IMG/VR virus record: IMGVR_UViG_3300032030_002018
DNA: 64,000 nucleotides
Strand: one strand, 5' to 3'
Source of the DNA: a virus
Taxonomy: Duplodnaviria; Caudoviricetes
Every line of letters starts with the position of its first letter. The first letter of the stretch is position 1. Positions 1 to 8,494 of this stretch are shown in pieces. A program made the translations under genes and the position numbers. Under the pieces are notes generated by a model. That model was not told the origin of the DNA, made no database searches, and saw only the letters and a list, made by a program, of their open reading frames with translations.

Positions 1-245
1 GTACGTGCTATGTTCATAACAGAACTCCTCAAATTAGCACTGTTTATGTTTGTTTCCTGCGCCATTCTGTCTATGTGATAACTAAGGTTGTCCGCAACAG
101 ATGAGACCAAATCAATAAACCACGAACCGACACTGCTGTCGTTGAATGTGGTTGCCATATTAGGATAATACTTGTTGCTGAAATTAATCAACTCAGATTT
201 ATAATCATCAAACGTCCTTGCCAAATAATTTATCTTCTTGTTCAT
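1..245 (-). CDS. Baseplate wedge subunit, T4 gp6-like (N-terminal part; runs off window)
   Basis: Manual translation from ATG at 245: MNKKINYLARTFDDYKSELINFSNKYYPNMATTFNDSSVGSWFIDLVSSVADNLSYHID..., the typical gp6/baseplate J N-terminus; follows a gp25-like gene. Confidence 0.8.
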   Translation of the reverse strand, partial: MNKKINYLARTFDDYKSELINFSNKYYPNMATTFNDSSVGSWFIDLVSSVADNLSYHIDRMAQETNINSANLRSSVMNIAR

Positions 246-260
246 TTTCAAATGTTTTTT

Positions 261-650
261 TTATAGTTCAACTGAAATACTGTCGCTTTCAGATGAATTT
301 CCATTTATCAATTTATAATCAATCCTGACATATATCAAGTGGTCATTGCTCTCATCCTGAATGACTTTTACGTCATCGATAGCAACATTGTTCACATATT
401 TTGCCACAGATTCCTTAATCTCATTCTTTACACCCTCCCAGCTGTCACTGTTATTGTTGTCAAATATATACTTTATCAAATCCGTTCCAAATTCAGGATT
501 CCTTAGCCTCTGACCTTTTGGAGTGAATATGACGTGCATAATCTGACCTCTTACACGACTTTTCATAGTGTTGCATAAGTCAACAAAGTAATTCTCTTCA
601 TTCTTCGCAGTGAAAGGATATTTTATACCATAATATTGTTTTTGCGCCAT
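261..650 (-). CDS. Baseplate protein, T4 gp25 / GPW_gp25 family
   Basis: GIKYPF and TPKGQRLRNPEFGTDL motifs, 129 aa, upstream of gp6-like gene. Confidence 0.88.
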   Translation of the reverse strand: MAQKQYYGIKYPFTAKNEENYFVDLCNTMKSRVRGQIMHVIFTPKGQRLRNPEFGTDLIKYIFDNNNSDSWEGVKNEIKESVAKYVNNVAIDDVKVIQDESNDHLIYVRIDYKLINGNSSESDSISVEL

Positions 651-763
651 CCTAATTAAAAAGATTTATCACATATAATTACCTAAAAAATAACTTTTTT
701 ATCATTTTTTTAAACAAAAAAAGGTGACTATGCAGCCACCTTGTTAAAATCACACTAAAATAT

Positions 764-3700
764 TCACGAACCATATCCTTCAATATAGTCAGCGTACACA
801 CTCCATCCTTCTGCTTGCTTATAAGCGTCAACAGCTTCATAAGGCACTAATATCCTCATACCTTCCACACTTGTATCAAAAGTTCCACTTCCAACAGTAA
901 CAGAATCTGGTTCATCTGATACCATCCTTATATTCACAAGATGCGAACAACCATTGAAGGCATTGTCACCAATACTTGTAACACTGTTTGGTATTGTAAC
1001 GTCTGTTATTCCTTCACATCCTTGGAATGCTGCGTTATTTATCGTAACTAATCCATCAGCAAGAGACAACGACGTTAATGTTGCGATATCCTTAAAAGCT
1101 GATACACCAATACTCTTAGCCTTTATGTTAACTCCACGCAATTTTGTCCCAACAAACACGCTTTCTCCAATACCGTTTGAAACCATTCCATTGAATGTAA
1201 CAGAAGAAAGACTATCGCATCCGTTAAACGCATAATTTCCTATTGTTGTAGTTCCATTCGGTATCACAACGCTTTTTATTCCAATACATCCATCAAACGC
1301 GTTGTTTCCAATTGTTGAAACTTTACCAGCTAATGTCAGTGATGATATTCCTGTACATCCGCTGAATACTCCATTACTTATAGAATGGCTTGATATGCTC
1401 ACTGATTTCAATGACGTTCTGCCTTGAAGTGTATTTCCGCTTATAATTCCAGGGTCATTGTCTTTTCCTGATACAGTAAAAGCCGACAATCCCGTCATAG
1501 GTGCAAGAACCCCAATATTGAAACCACTGTCACCACTGATTTTAAGGTTTGTACTAAATCTCTTGACATTGTTACATCCGTTAAACGCCGATGTTGAGAT
1601 TTGCCTTGAATTATAATAACTAGACGCATTCAGAGTTATAGAAGAAATATTTGTGCAATTAGCGAACGCATTGCTGTCTATTTTCTTTATATGAGGCAAA
1701 TTCAAAGTTGTTATAGTATTATTATTGGCGAAAGCATTTGAACTTATACTTGAAACACTTGACAATGAACCACTTGTGAAAACAGCGTTTGTATCACCTG
1801 AAAATGCGGCGTTTCCAATGCTTATGTATTTATTTTGCGGCACGGATATTGTTACACTTGAAAGGTTATTACAGTTACTGAAAGCAGCATTTCCTATTTC
1901 ATTTGAAATGTTTGTGATAACCATTGATGTCAATGAGGAGCAGTTACTGAACGCTCCTTCCCCAATAGTACTTGCCTGTGTCGTTGCGCTTACGATACCA
2001 TTACATCCTTTGAATGCGTTTCTTCCAATACCGCCTGTAACGCCTGATATATCAGGTTTGACAAGGCTTGTACAACCTTCAAACGCTGATTCATTTACAT
2101 TTATTCTACCAGTAATTCTTAGATAGTCAATTTCAGTACATCCACTAAAAGCAGACTTTCCAATATTTTGGTTGCCAACTGTAACTTTCTGTATTGAAGT
2201 GTTTCCCTTGAATGCGTTCTGATTGATACTACCACTACCACCGATAAATACCGTGTTAAGCCGTGTCATCGCTGAAAATGAGTTCTCCGCGAAAGAAGAC
2301 ATATCGCTATAACAAGTAAACGATGTGACACCGCTACATCCGTGGAACACTCCTGACCCAACAGTTGTTAATTTGTCACCTACATATATATTATTAACAC
2401 CGCTACAGTTATAGAAAGCACCCTCTTTTAGACTGCTTATATTGTGCAAGTTTAAATCAGTCAATTTAGAACAATCTTCAAACGCCCTTTCGTTAATCCA
2501 TTGAATCTGTTCAAAATCGAATATTTCAAGATTTACACATCCTGCAAATGCGGCTGTATCCACACCAACAAGTGTATTGTTCTTTTTATTTACACTTGGG
2601 GTTATGTCAACTTCTGTAAGTGCTGTGCATCCGCTGAATGAATTTGCACCGAATTTCCTTAACGGATTTTCAAATGAATCTGTATATTTGTTCACAAAAT
2701 CCCAATCACCTCCGTTTGAGTCAAATGGAACTGTGACTTTTGTTACGCCAGTGTTTCCTTTGAAACACACGTCCTTTACCTCGTTCTCTGTAAGGCAGAA
2801 ATTAACACAATTGCTGCCGCTTTGTGGGAACTTGAAATACGTGCTGCCAGTTTCAGACGGTGTATGCGCAACCCTATTAAGGCTGTATTTCCATACATTT
2901 GTATTTGCGTTGTTATTAAGTATGAGATAGTCAACGTTTTTTGTCGGAACATTATATGTAATGCCAATCAAAGACATCTTCATAACATCTGATTCAGATA
3001 TTGTGATAGGTGATTTCAAGTGTTCCTCAATAAGTGACAACTGTGAATTAGCACAAGATGTCGCGTCGTTTCCACTACCACCTATAAGAAGTGTGTTGTA
3101 TTTATCATCCAGGTCTATGAGAAGCGATTCTATTCCACCTTGTACTGTTTCATTTGTAGTTACAGATTCTGCAACACCCTTTATCATCCAATTTGGTATA
3201 ATCTTTTTAGCCTTCAACACGAATTCATCATACGAAAGGTCTTCTTTGCCAATTATGTTCCTCAATGCGTTGTCAGCCAATGCGAAAAGATACTCAGTAT
3301 ATGTCATACTTATGTTTGGCGCAATCACCTTATATGGTTTCAACCCTTCCATCTTGTCACCGTCAGAAATCAGTGTGTCAAGATAATATGTTGTATTTGG
3401 AGAACATTCATTGTCCATAACAACAGTTATCTGTGGCATAAAATCCTCATCTGAAATCGCCCAAATACCGCATTCGTCATTGTCCTGAGATGTTGAAATT
3501 CTGTATATCACATCACCCCTGACAAAATAGAACCTCTTCATAACATTGGTTGAAAGTGTCGGCATATAAGCCTTGCCGTATGAAATAGAAGGTTCTATAC
3601 CAGGTTCTCTGTTGTTCTCATCCTCTATAAATTGTCTTATCTTGTCCTCGCCGCTTTTCTTCAACATCTTGTTGTCAACAGAAAGACTCTTGTTTGCACA

Positions 3701-4231
3701 ATATATCGCACTTTCAACTGCAAGCTCAATAACAGAATCGTTGAAAACCTTATCAACATCAATCTGCATTTCGTTTATGTTTGTAAACGCTGTGCTTGTA
3801 GGTGTAATAGTTCCGCTTATAGAATACCCATTTCCACTTATCATATATTCAGGTATTATTTTATGCACATCATTTCTGAACCTGTCAAGTGATGGACGTT
3901 TGCTGTTTATATACTTCTGTATTTCTTCTTTGGCAAGTTCAAAATAATAATCCACAAAGTTTATCTCAGTAGCGGCTCCGTCGTGCAATATCTTCGTTGG
4001 CAAATGCCTTGTCTCCCATAAATCTCCATCATCAATAAGTTCGCTCAAATATACATCATAAGGTTCTTCACTACCTTTTTGAACCTTTATCTTCGGCGTA
4101 TAATATTCTTCTGTACCTATTGACGGTATCTCCTTACCAATACCACCTGCATTATAATCGATTATGGAATAAATAACTTTGTTCCTAATGAAGTAAAAAT
4201 GTGTCCTGTTTAAGTTATCCACAAATTTCAT
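764..4231 (-). CDS. BspA-type leucine-rich repeat (LRR_5) protein with duplicated N-terminal domain
   Basis: Many IGxxAFxGCxxLxSV repeats; C-cap VPYEAVDAYKQAEGW; two similar ~180-aa N-terminal units. Confidence 0.85.
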   Translation of the reverse strand: MKFVDNLNRTHFYFIRNKVIYSIIDYNAGGIGKEIPSIGTEEYYTPKIKVQKGSEEPYDVYLSELIDDGDLWETRHLPTKILHDGAATEINFVDYYFELAKEEIQKYINSKRPSLDRFRNDVHKIIPEYMISGNGYSISGTITPTSTAFTNINEMQIDVDKVFNDSVIELAVESAIYCANKSLSVDNKMLKKSGEDKIRQFIEDENNREPGIEPSISYGKAYMPTLSTNVMKRFYFVRGDVIYRISTSQDNDECGIWAISDEDFMPQITVVMDNECSPNTTYYLDTLISDGDKMEGLKPYKVIAPNISMTYTEYLFALADNALRNIIGKEDLSYDEFVLKAKKIIPNWMIKGVAESVTTNETVQGGIESLLIDLDDKYNTLLIGGSGNDATSCANSQLSLIEEHLKSPITISESDVMKMSLIGITYNVPTKNVDYLILNNNANTNVWKYSLNRVAHTPSETGSTYFKFPQSGSNCVNFCLTENEVKDVCFKGNTGVTKVTVPFDSNGGDWDFVNKYTDSFENPLRKFGANSFSGCTALTEVDITPSVNKKNNTLVGVDTAAFAGCVNLEIFDFEQIQWINERAFEDCSKLTDLNLHNISSLKEGAFYNCSGVNNIYVGDKLTTVGSGVFHGCSGVTSFTCYSDMSSFAENSFSAMTRLNTVFIGGSGSINQNAFKGNTSIQKVTVGNQNIGKSAFSGCTEIDYLRITGRINVNESAFEGCTSLVKPDISGVTGGIGRNAFKGCNGIVSATTQASTIGEGAFSNCSSLTSMVITNISNEIGNAAFSNCNNLSSVTISVPQNKYISIGNAAFSGDTNAVFTSGSLSSVSSISSNAFANNNTITTLNLPHIKKIDSNAFANCTNISSITLNASSYYNSRQISTSAFNGCNNVKRFSTNLKISGDSGFNIGVLAPMTGLSAFTVSGKDNDPGIISGNTLQGRTSLKSVSISSHSISNGVFSGCTGISSLTLAGKVSTIGNNAFDGCIGIKSVVIPNGTTTIGNYAFNGCDSLSSVTFNGMVSNGIGESVFVGTKLRGVNIKAKSIGVSAFKDIATLTSLSLADGLVTINNAAFQGCEGITDVTIPNSVTSIGDNAFNGCSHLVNIRMVSDEPDSVTVGSGTFDTSVEGMRILVPYEAVDAYKQAEGWSVYADYIEGYGS

Positions 4232-4240
4232 TTTATGCCT

Positions 4241-4762
4241 TTATTTTTTAACCTTTATCTCATCACATTCCTCCTGCAACTTATTCACTTGCTTATAATT
4301 GGAATATGCGTTGTTTGTTATATCAATCAAATGAAATGTCTCGTCAGGCATCTCAAATGATTCAATTACCTTGTTGTTCCCTACATTCCATAATTGTATG
4401 CTGTATTTGTTATTAACAATGTCAAGGACAAATTTATAGTTATCAGAACCATATAACCAATATCTGAAACTATGTATGTTCTTGTCAAAGTTCTTGTTCT
4501 GTATGTTATACCCAAATCTTACACTGTTATTCACATTTGAAACAAAATCAGGTATATCATCAGACAATAACGACCAACTCTTCTTTCCATCAGTTCTGAA
4601 AAACACATTGAAATTATCATATTTCTGCTCAATCCTCACATTATTTATATTATATAATGTGACACCATCACTGTCGGACACTATTGAAAAGTCCTTTTGA
4701 GCCAATGCGCTTGAATTAAACAAGCAAAATGACATTAATAAAAAAACAAATAATTTTCTCAT
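4241..4762 (-). CDS. Hypothetical exported protein (signal peptide)
   Basis: Likely start MRKLFVFLLMSFCLFNSSALAQ (ALA-Q cleavage-like) at 4762, just downstream of the putative late promoter at 4781-4790. Confidence 0.6.
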   Translation of the reverse strand: MRKLFVFLLMSFCLFNSSALAQKDFSIVSDSDGVTLYNINNVRIEQKYDNFNVFFRTDGKKSWSLLSDDIPDFVSNVNNSVRFGYNIQNKNFDKNIHSFRYWLYGSDNYKFVLDIVNNKYSIQLWNVGNNKVIESFEMPDETFHLIDITNNAYSNYKQVNKLQEECDEIKVKK

Positions 4763-4780
4763 ATTTTTTCCACTTTTTAC

Positions 4781-4790
4781 TATAAATATC
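4781..4790 (-). promoter_or_regulatory. Putative phage late promoter GATATTTATA (representative copy)
   Basis: Same motif, oriented with the downstream gene, recurs at 11862, 26134, 26891, 28105, 31669, 34515, 50198, 54485, 58540, 61068, 62167, 63895 (minus) and 6429, 17272, 59489 (plus). Confidence 0.65.
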
Positions 4791-4862
4791 AAAGATGAAT
4801 CAAAAATCTTTACTGTCAAACCATATCTTTAACGTTCTTTAACAAAAAATGTTGTGAAAATA

Positions 4863-4894
4863 TTTGGTGGAATAAAATAAATAGCTTACATTTG
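4863..4894 (+). promoter_or_regulatory. Bacteroidetes sigma-A promoter (TTTG-N20-TACATTTG)
   Basis: Matches the -33/-7 Bacteroides consensus upstream of the DUF932 gene. Confidence 0.75.
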
Positions 4895-4948
4895 CAATGT
4901 TTCAAACAAAAATCAAAATTAATAACCAATAAAAAAATTCACAACATT

Positions 4949-6049
4949 ATGGCACACAATCTTGAAATGATTAATGGAGTAGCATCTTTCGTAGAGAACG
5001 GTAAGAAGGAAATCGCTTGGCACGGTCTTGGAAAACAGTTTGACAGACCACTGTTTGTCGCAGAGGCAATCAAAGAGTGTAGGGCTGACTACAATGTATC
5101 CCTCCAACCAATCGTGGCACTCACACCTGAATTGGTGGAAGCAATGAGCAACGAGAAAATGATTAACGCGGGTGACCTCTTCAACTACCTCATCGCAGGC
5201 AAGAGGGCAACAATGAGAACAGACCAAAACAAGGCTCTTGGAATTGTTGGGGATTCATATGGAATCGTACAGAACATTGACGCGTTCAAGTTCGTTGACC
5301 TTATTTGCACTGGAAAACTCGCAGACAGAGACCATACACCTGTCATCGAAACCGCCGGTGTACTTGGACACGGTGAGAGGGTTTTCGTTTCCGCCAAGTT
5401 CCCACAAGACATCATTCTTGACAACAAGGGAGATGACAGAGTTGAAATGTACGTAATGTTCACAACATCTCACGATGGAACTGGCGCTGTCAATTGCATT
5501 GTAACCCCTGTAAGGGTTGTGTGCAACAACACATTGAGATACGCAATGCAGCACAACTTTGGCAAGTTGTCATTCAAGCACACAGTGAATGTAATGTCAA
5601 GACTTGACCTTGTTGACAAGGAGAACGCTTCTTTCGCTTATCGTGCGCTCAATATGTACGACATCTATAAGAAGAGCCTTGAGGATTCATTCAACCACCT
5701 GAAAGAGGTTAGAATCTCTGACAAGATTCTCCAAAACATCGTTGCAGAGACAATCCTTCCAGAAGAGGCTTGGAAGGTGTATGTCAACAACAACTTCAAC
5801 ATCGAACACGATGAAATCAGCACAAGGGGAAAGAACCTCTTCAACAATGTGCTTAACTGCATCGAAAACGGTGTCGGACAAGAGATTGGGGAAAGAGGCA
5901 CAGGTCTTTGGGCAATCAATGGTATCACATCATACTTCCAAAACGAGGCAAACTTCAAGGATGATGAAATCAAAATGGATTCAATCATCAATGGAAATGT
6001 TGCAAAGAAGGTTCAAAAGGCTTATGACCTTATAAGTATGGCTGCATAA
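4949..6049 (+). CDS. DUF932/DUF945 phage/plasmid-like protein (TIGR03299-like)
   Basis: MAHNLE start, AWHGLG, ETAGVLGHGERVF, TSHDGTG, PVRVVCNNTL motifs. Confidence 0.88.
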   Translation: MAHNLEMINGVASFVENGKKEIAWHGLGKQFDRPLFVAEAIKECRADYNVSLQPIVALTPELVEAMSNEKMINAGDLFNYLIAGKRATMRTDQNKALGIVGDSYGIVQNIDAFKFVDLICTGKLADRDHTPVIETAGVLGHGERVFVSAKFPQDIILDNKGDDRVEMYVMFTTSHDGTGAVNCIVTPVRVVCNNTLRYAMQHNFGKLSFKHTVNVMSRLDLVDKENASFAYRALNMYDIYKKSLEDSFNHLKEVRISDKILQNIVAETILPEEAWKVYVNNNFNIEHDEISTRGKNLFNNVLNCIENGVGQEIGERGTGLWAINGITSYFQNEANFKDDEIKMDSIINGNVAKKVQKAYDLISMAA

Positions 6050-6066
6050 CATACAATAACAAAAAG

Positions 6067-6094
6067 AAAAGCACCCCAAAAACGGGGTGCTTTT
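6067..6094 (+). terminator. Intrinsic terminator
   Basis: aaaagcacccc-N6-ggggtgctttt hairpin followed by a T tract. Confidence 0.85.
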
Positions 6095-6113
6095 TATTTT
6101 TTTTCTTAAAAAA

Positions 6114-6145
6114 TTTGGTTTTTACAAATATTTCATATATCTTTG
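6114..6145 (+). promoter_or_regulatory. Bacteroidetes sigma-A promoter (TTTG-N20-TATCTTTG)
   Basis: Consensus match upstream of the 6178 ORF. Confidence 0.72.
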
Positions 6146-6177
6146 CATTGATAATTTTATAAAAACAATAATATATA

Positions 6178-6411
6178 ATGCCAAAATGTTGGAGATGTGA
6201 CCAAGAATTAATATGTTCAGGTAATTTTATGGCAAGCGAATGTGGATTCTCTGATTCAGAAGAAGAAGATAGAGATGCAATAGTGACAGACTATTCCTGT
6301 CCTTATTGCGGTGCATATTATCAAGTTGTTGATACGCCAGAATCAGAAAAAGAACACTATAAATACTGGAACGAATATTGGAAAAATCAAGAAAATAATG
6401 AAAATGAATGA
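6178..6411 (+). CDS. Small zinc-ribbon protein
   Basis: CWRC...CPYC pairs; own host-type promoter. Confidence 0.65.
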   Translation: MPKCWRCDQELICSGNFMASECGFSDSEEEDRDAIVTDYSCPYCGAYYQVVDTPESEKEHYKYWNEYWKNQENNENE

Positions 6412-6478
6412 TTTTTTGAATTTTATGTGATATTTATTAGAGATATATAAATTTTTTATTATTTAAATTGAGAGAGAA

Positions 6479-6655
6479 ATGAAAAAGTTAGTTTTAGTTG
6501 CATTTGCGCTTGTTGCATTTGCATTTTCTTCTTGTGAAGGATGCGGTGGTACCGCAGTAGTAGAGAACGATACTGTAAGTGTTGATACAGTTGTTGTAGA
6601 AGACACAGTTGATACAGTTGAATTTGACACAGTTGAAGTTGATTCTGTTCTTTAA
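6479..6655 (+). CDS. Small acidic Bacteroidetes-type lipoprotein (58 aa, not in ORF track)
   Basis: MKKLVLVAFALVAFAFSSC-EGCGGTAVVENDTVSVDTVVVEDTVDTVEFDTVEVDSVL; lipobox FSSC; preceded by GATATTTATT at 6429. Confidence 0.75.
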   Translation: MKKLVLVAFALVAFAFSSCEGCGGTAVVENDTVSVDTVVVEDTVDTVEFDTVEVDSVL

Positions 6656-6960
6656 TTCACAAAGAAGAATTCAACATTGATGTTGGAAGGACGCCTGATA
6701 AATTATTAACAGACGCCCTTTGTTTTTTTATGTGGGTATATTTGAACAAAAATATTTGAAAAAATGAATTATTTAATCAATACAGCAATATTTGTTAGAA
6801 ACATTGTTGGTAATGTTTTTCACTACAAAAGACTTGAAAAAAATGGATTTGGATTTAAACGTATGCTTCAATATGAATGGAAAAATTTCAAAAAAAGAAA
6901 TACCTACGAATATTATGAGACGTGAAAATGAGCAGTCAATATTATGGCTGCTCATTTTCC

Positions 6961-7914
6961 TTATGATATTCTCACATATTCTGACAATATATCATTTATC
7001 TTATTCTGTGCCTCATACAGTTCCTCAACCTTGCCACAGACAATTGGCGGACTATAATGTGGATGATGTTCGTGTGTCATAAACGCCGCAACAAACAAAT
7101 TGAGAAAATCAACCAATTTATCGCCAAGCGGCACCTGATGCAAATTGTCCATTAATTTTGATAGGTCTTCTGTCTTTATTAATGTATTTCTATCTGTCCT
7201 ATTAACGTCAATAGTGTCGTCAGAAATACCAATAAGGTTAATCTTGTCAGCAGCAATGTTGACCATACTGTTTGCGAACTTTGACTTTCCTTTCTTATCA
7301 CTTCCAGAAGACAACCCCCATCCATATTTCAATTGAATGTAAGCAGGGTCAATGTCATTGAAAATAACCCTTCCTTTCAACCCTTTGTCAAGTTCTTCAT
7401 TTCCTGTTGTCGTATCACTATATCCCCTTATACCACAACGCAATGTAAGTTCCTCTGCATTAGCACCATATGAAGGTTTCATTGTAATGTCCTGTCCTTC
7501 CCTTCCGACCATTGAAACACTTCCCTTTTCAGGAAATGAACCGTCAGTCATCTCTCCATAATTGGATAATCTCGGTAATATATGATATCCAATACCTTTT
7601 TGGAATAAAGAAGTTGCTGGACCGGTATCATTGTTATGGCTGCACATATCCTGATATTGTGGCTGGGATATTACAGGTCCGATATAGAACCTATCACTGT
7701 TCTTGTTGTCAGAATTAGCCAATATAACAAGAACACACTCGCCAATCTTTGGAACACATTGGAATACCTTTGGTAACAAAGGAAATGCCCAACAAGAAGG
7801 CGGTTCTTTCTTGTCACCATCCTGAGATAATTTAACCTTTACCCTAAGACCATCATATTCGTCGTCAATATCCTCTACTTCTCCGAATTTGATTATGTTA
7901 TGCTTGTTTACCAT
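6961..7914 (-). CDS. Baseplate central spike, gp5/gpV-like
   Basis: N-terminal OB-fold pattern (RVKV...WAFPLLP...PKIGECVLV); C-terminal HxH apex motif (THEHH). Confidence 0.7.
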   Translation of the reverse strand: MVNKHNIIKFGEVEDIDDEYDGLRVKVKLSQDGDKKEPPSCWAFPLLPKVFQCVPKIGECVLVILANSDNKNSDRFYIGPVISQPQYQDMCSHNNDTGPATSLFQKGIGYHILPRLSNYGEMTDGSFPEKGSVSMVGREGQDITMKPSYGANAEELTLRCGIRGYSDTTTGNEELDKGLKGRVIFNDIDPAYIQLKYGWGLSSGSDKKGKSKFANSMVNIAADKINLIGISDDTIDVNRTDRNTLIKTEDLSKLMDNLHQVPLGDKLVDFLNLFVAAFMTHEHHPHYSPPIVCGKVEELYEAQNKINDILSEYVRIS

Positions 7915-8090
7915 TGTCTACGATTGTTTATTTCTTCCTTTATCAAAAGATATTCGTCGTTTAACTCTTTCAATTTCTCCATTATTGACAAAGCTTCTTC
8001 CCTTTTTTTATTATAAGCATTTTCCAATTTCAATGACTCAATATTAAGTTCAGCATTTGTCATTTTCTTGTATTCATTTTTCTTTGCCAT
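7908..8090 (-). CDS. Small coiled-coil hypothetical protein
   Basis: ATG MAKKNEYKK; tight packing with neighbours. Confidence 0.6.
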   Translation of the reverse strand: MAKKNEYKKMTNAELNIESLKLENAYNKKREEALSIMEKLKELNDEYLLIKEEINNRRQW

Positions 8091-8097
8091 TGTTACC

Positions 8098-8490
8098 TTA
8101 TAATATTGTAGCACTACCCCCAGCAGGGTTTATATTAAATCCTTGTATAAACACGGGTCCTCCTGAATTAGCACCCCATCCAATAATCCCAATGCCACCA
8201 ACTGGAATACCAAGTTGTACATTGGTATCCTGTCTTATTGCCCTGAATATCTCTTCCACAATGGCATTAACTAACGCAACACCTCTGTTTTGAGAACCAT
8301 CTGGGGCAGGACCAGTTTCAATGCCAATTTCATTCATCTTAGCAATGATATTACCAGTTGACTTTATTGTCGAAAGACCTGGTCTACATATCCCTGCAAG
8401 CGATATTAGGAAAGGCGGTATTATACTTGTCGGTTTTGTTATACCGTCAAGCAAGTTATTAATTGGTTCAAGAATTGACTTAATTAGCAT
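8098..8490 (-). CDS. Hypothetical, probable baseplate/spike-associated protein
   Basis: Gly/Ile-rich C-terminus (GANSGGPV); in operon with the spike. Confidence 0.55.
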   Translation of the reverse strand: MLIKSILEPINNLLDGITKPTSIIPPFLISLAGICRPGLSTIKSTGNIIAKMNEIGIETGPAPDGSQNRGVALVNAIVEEIFRAIRQDTNVQLGIPVGGIGIIGWGANSGGPVFIQGFNINPAGGSATIL

Positions 8491-8494
8491 AATT

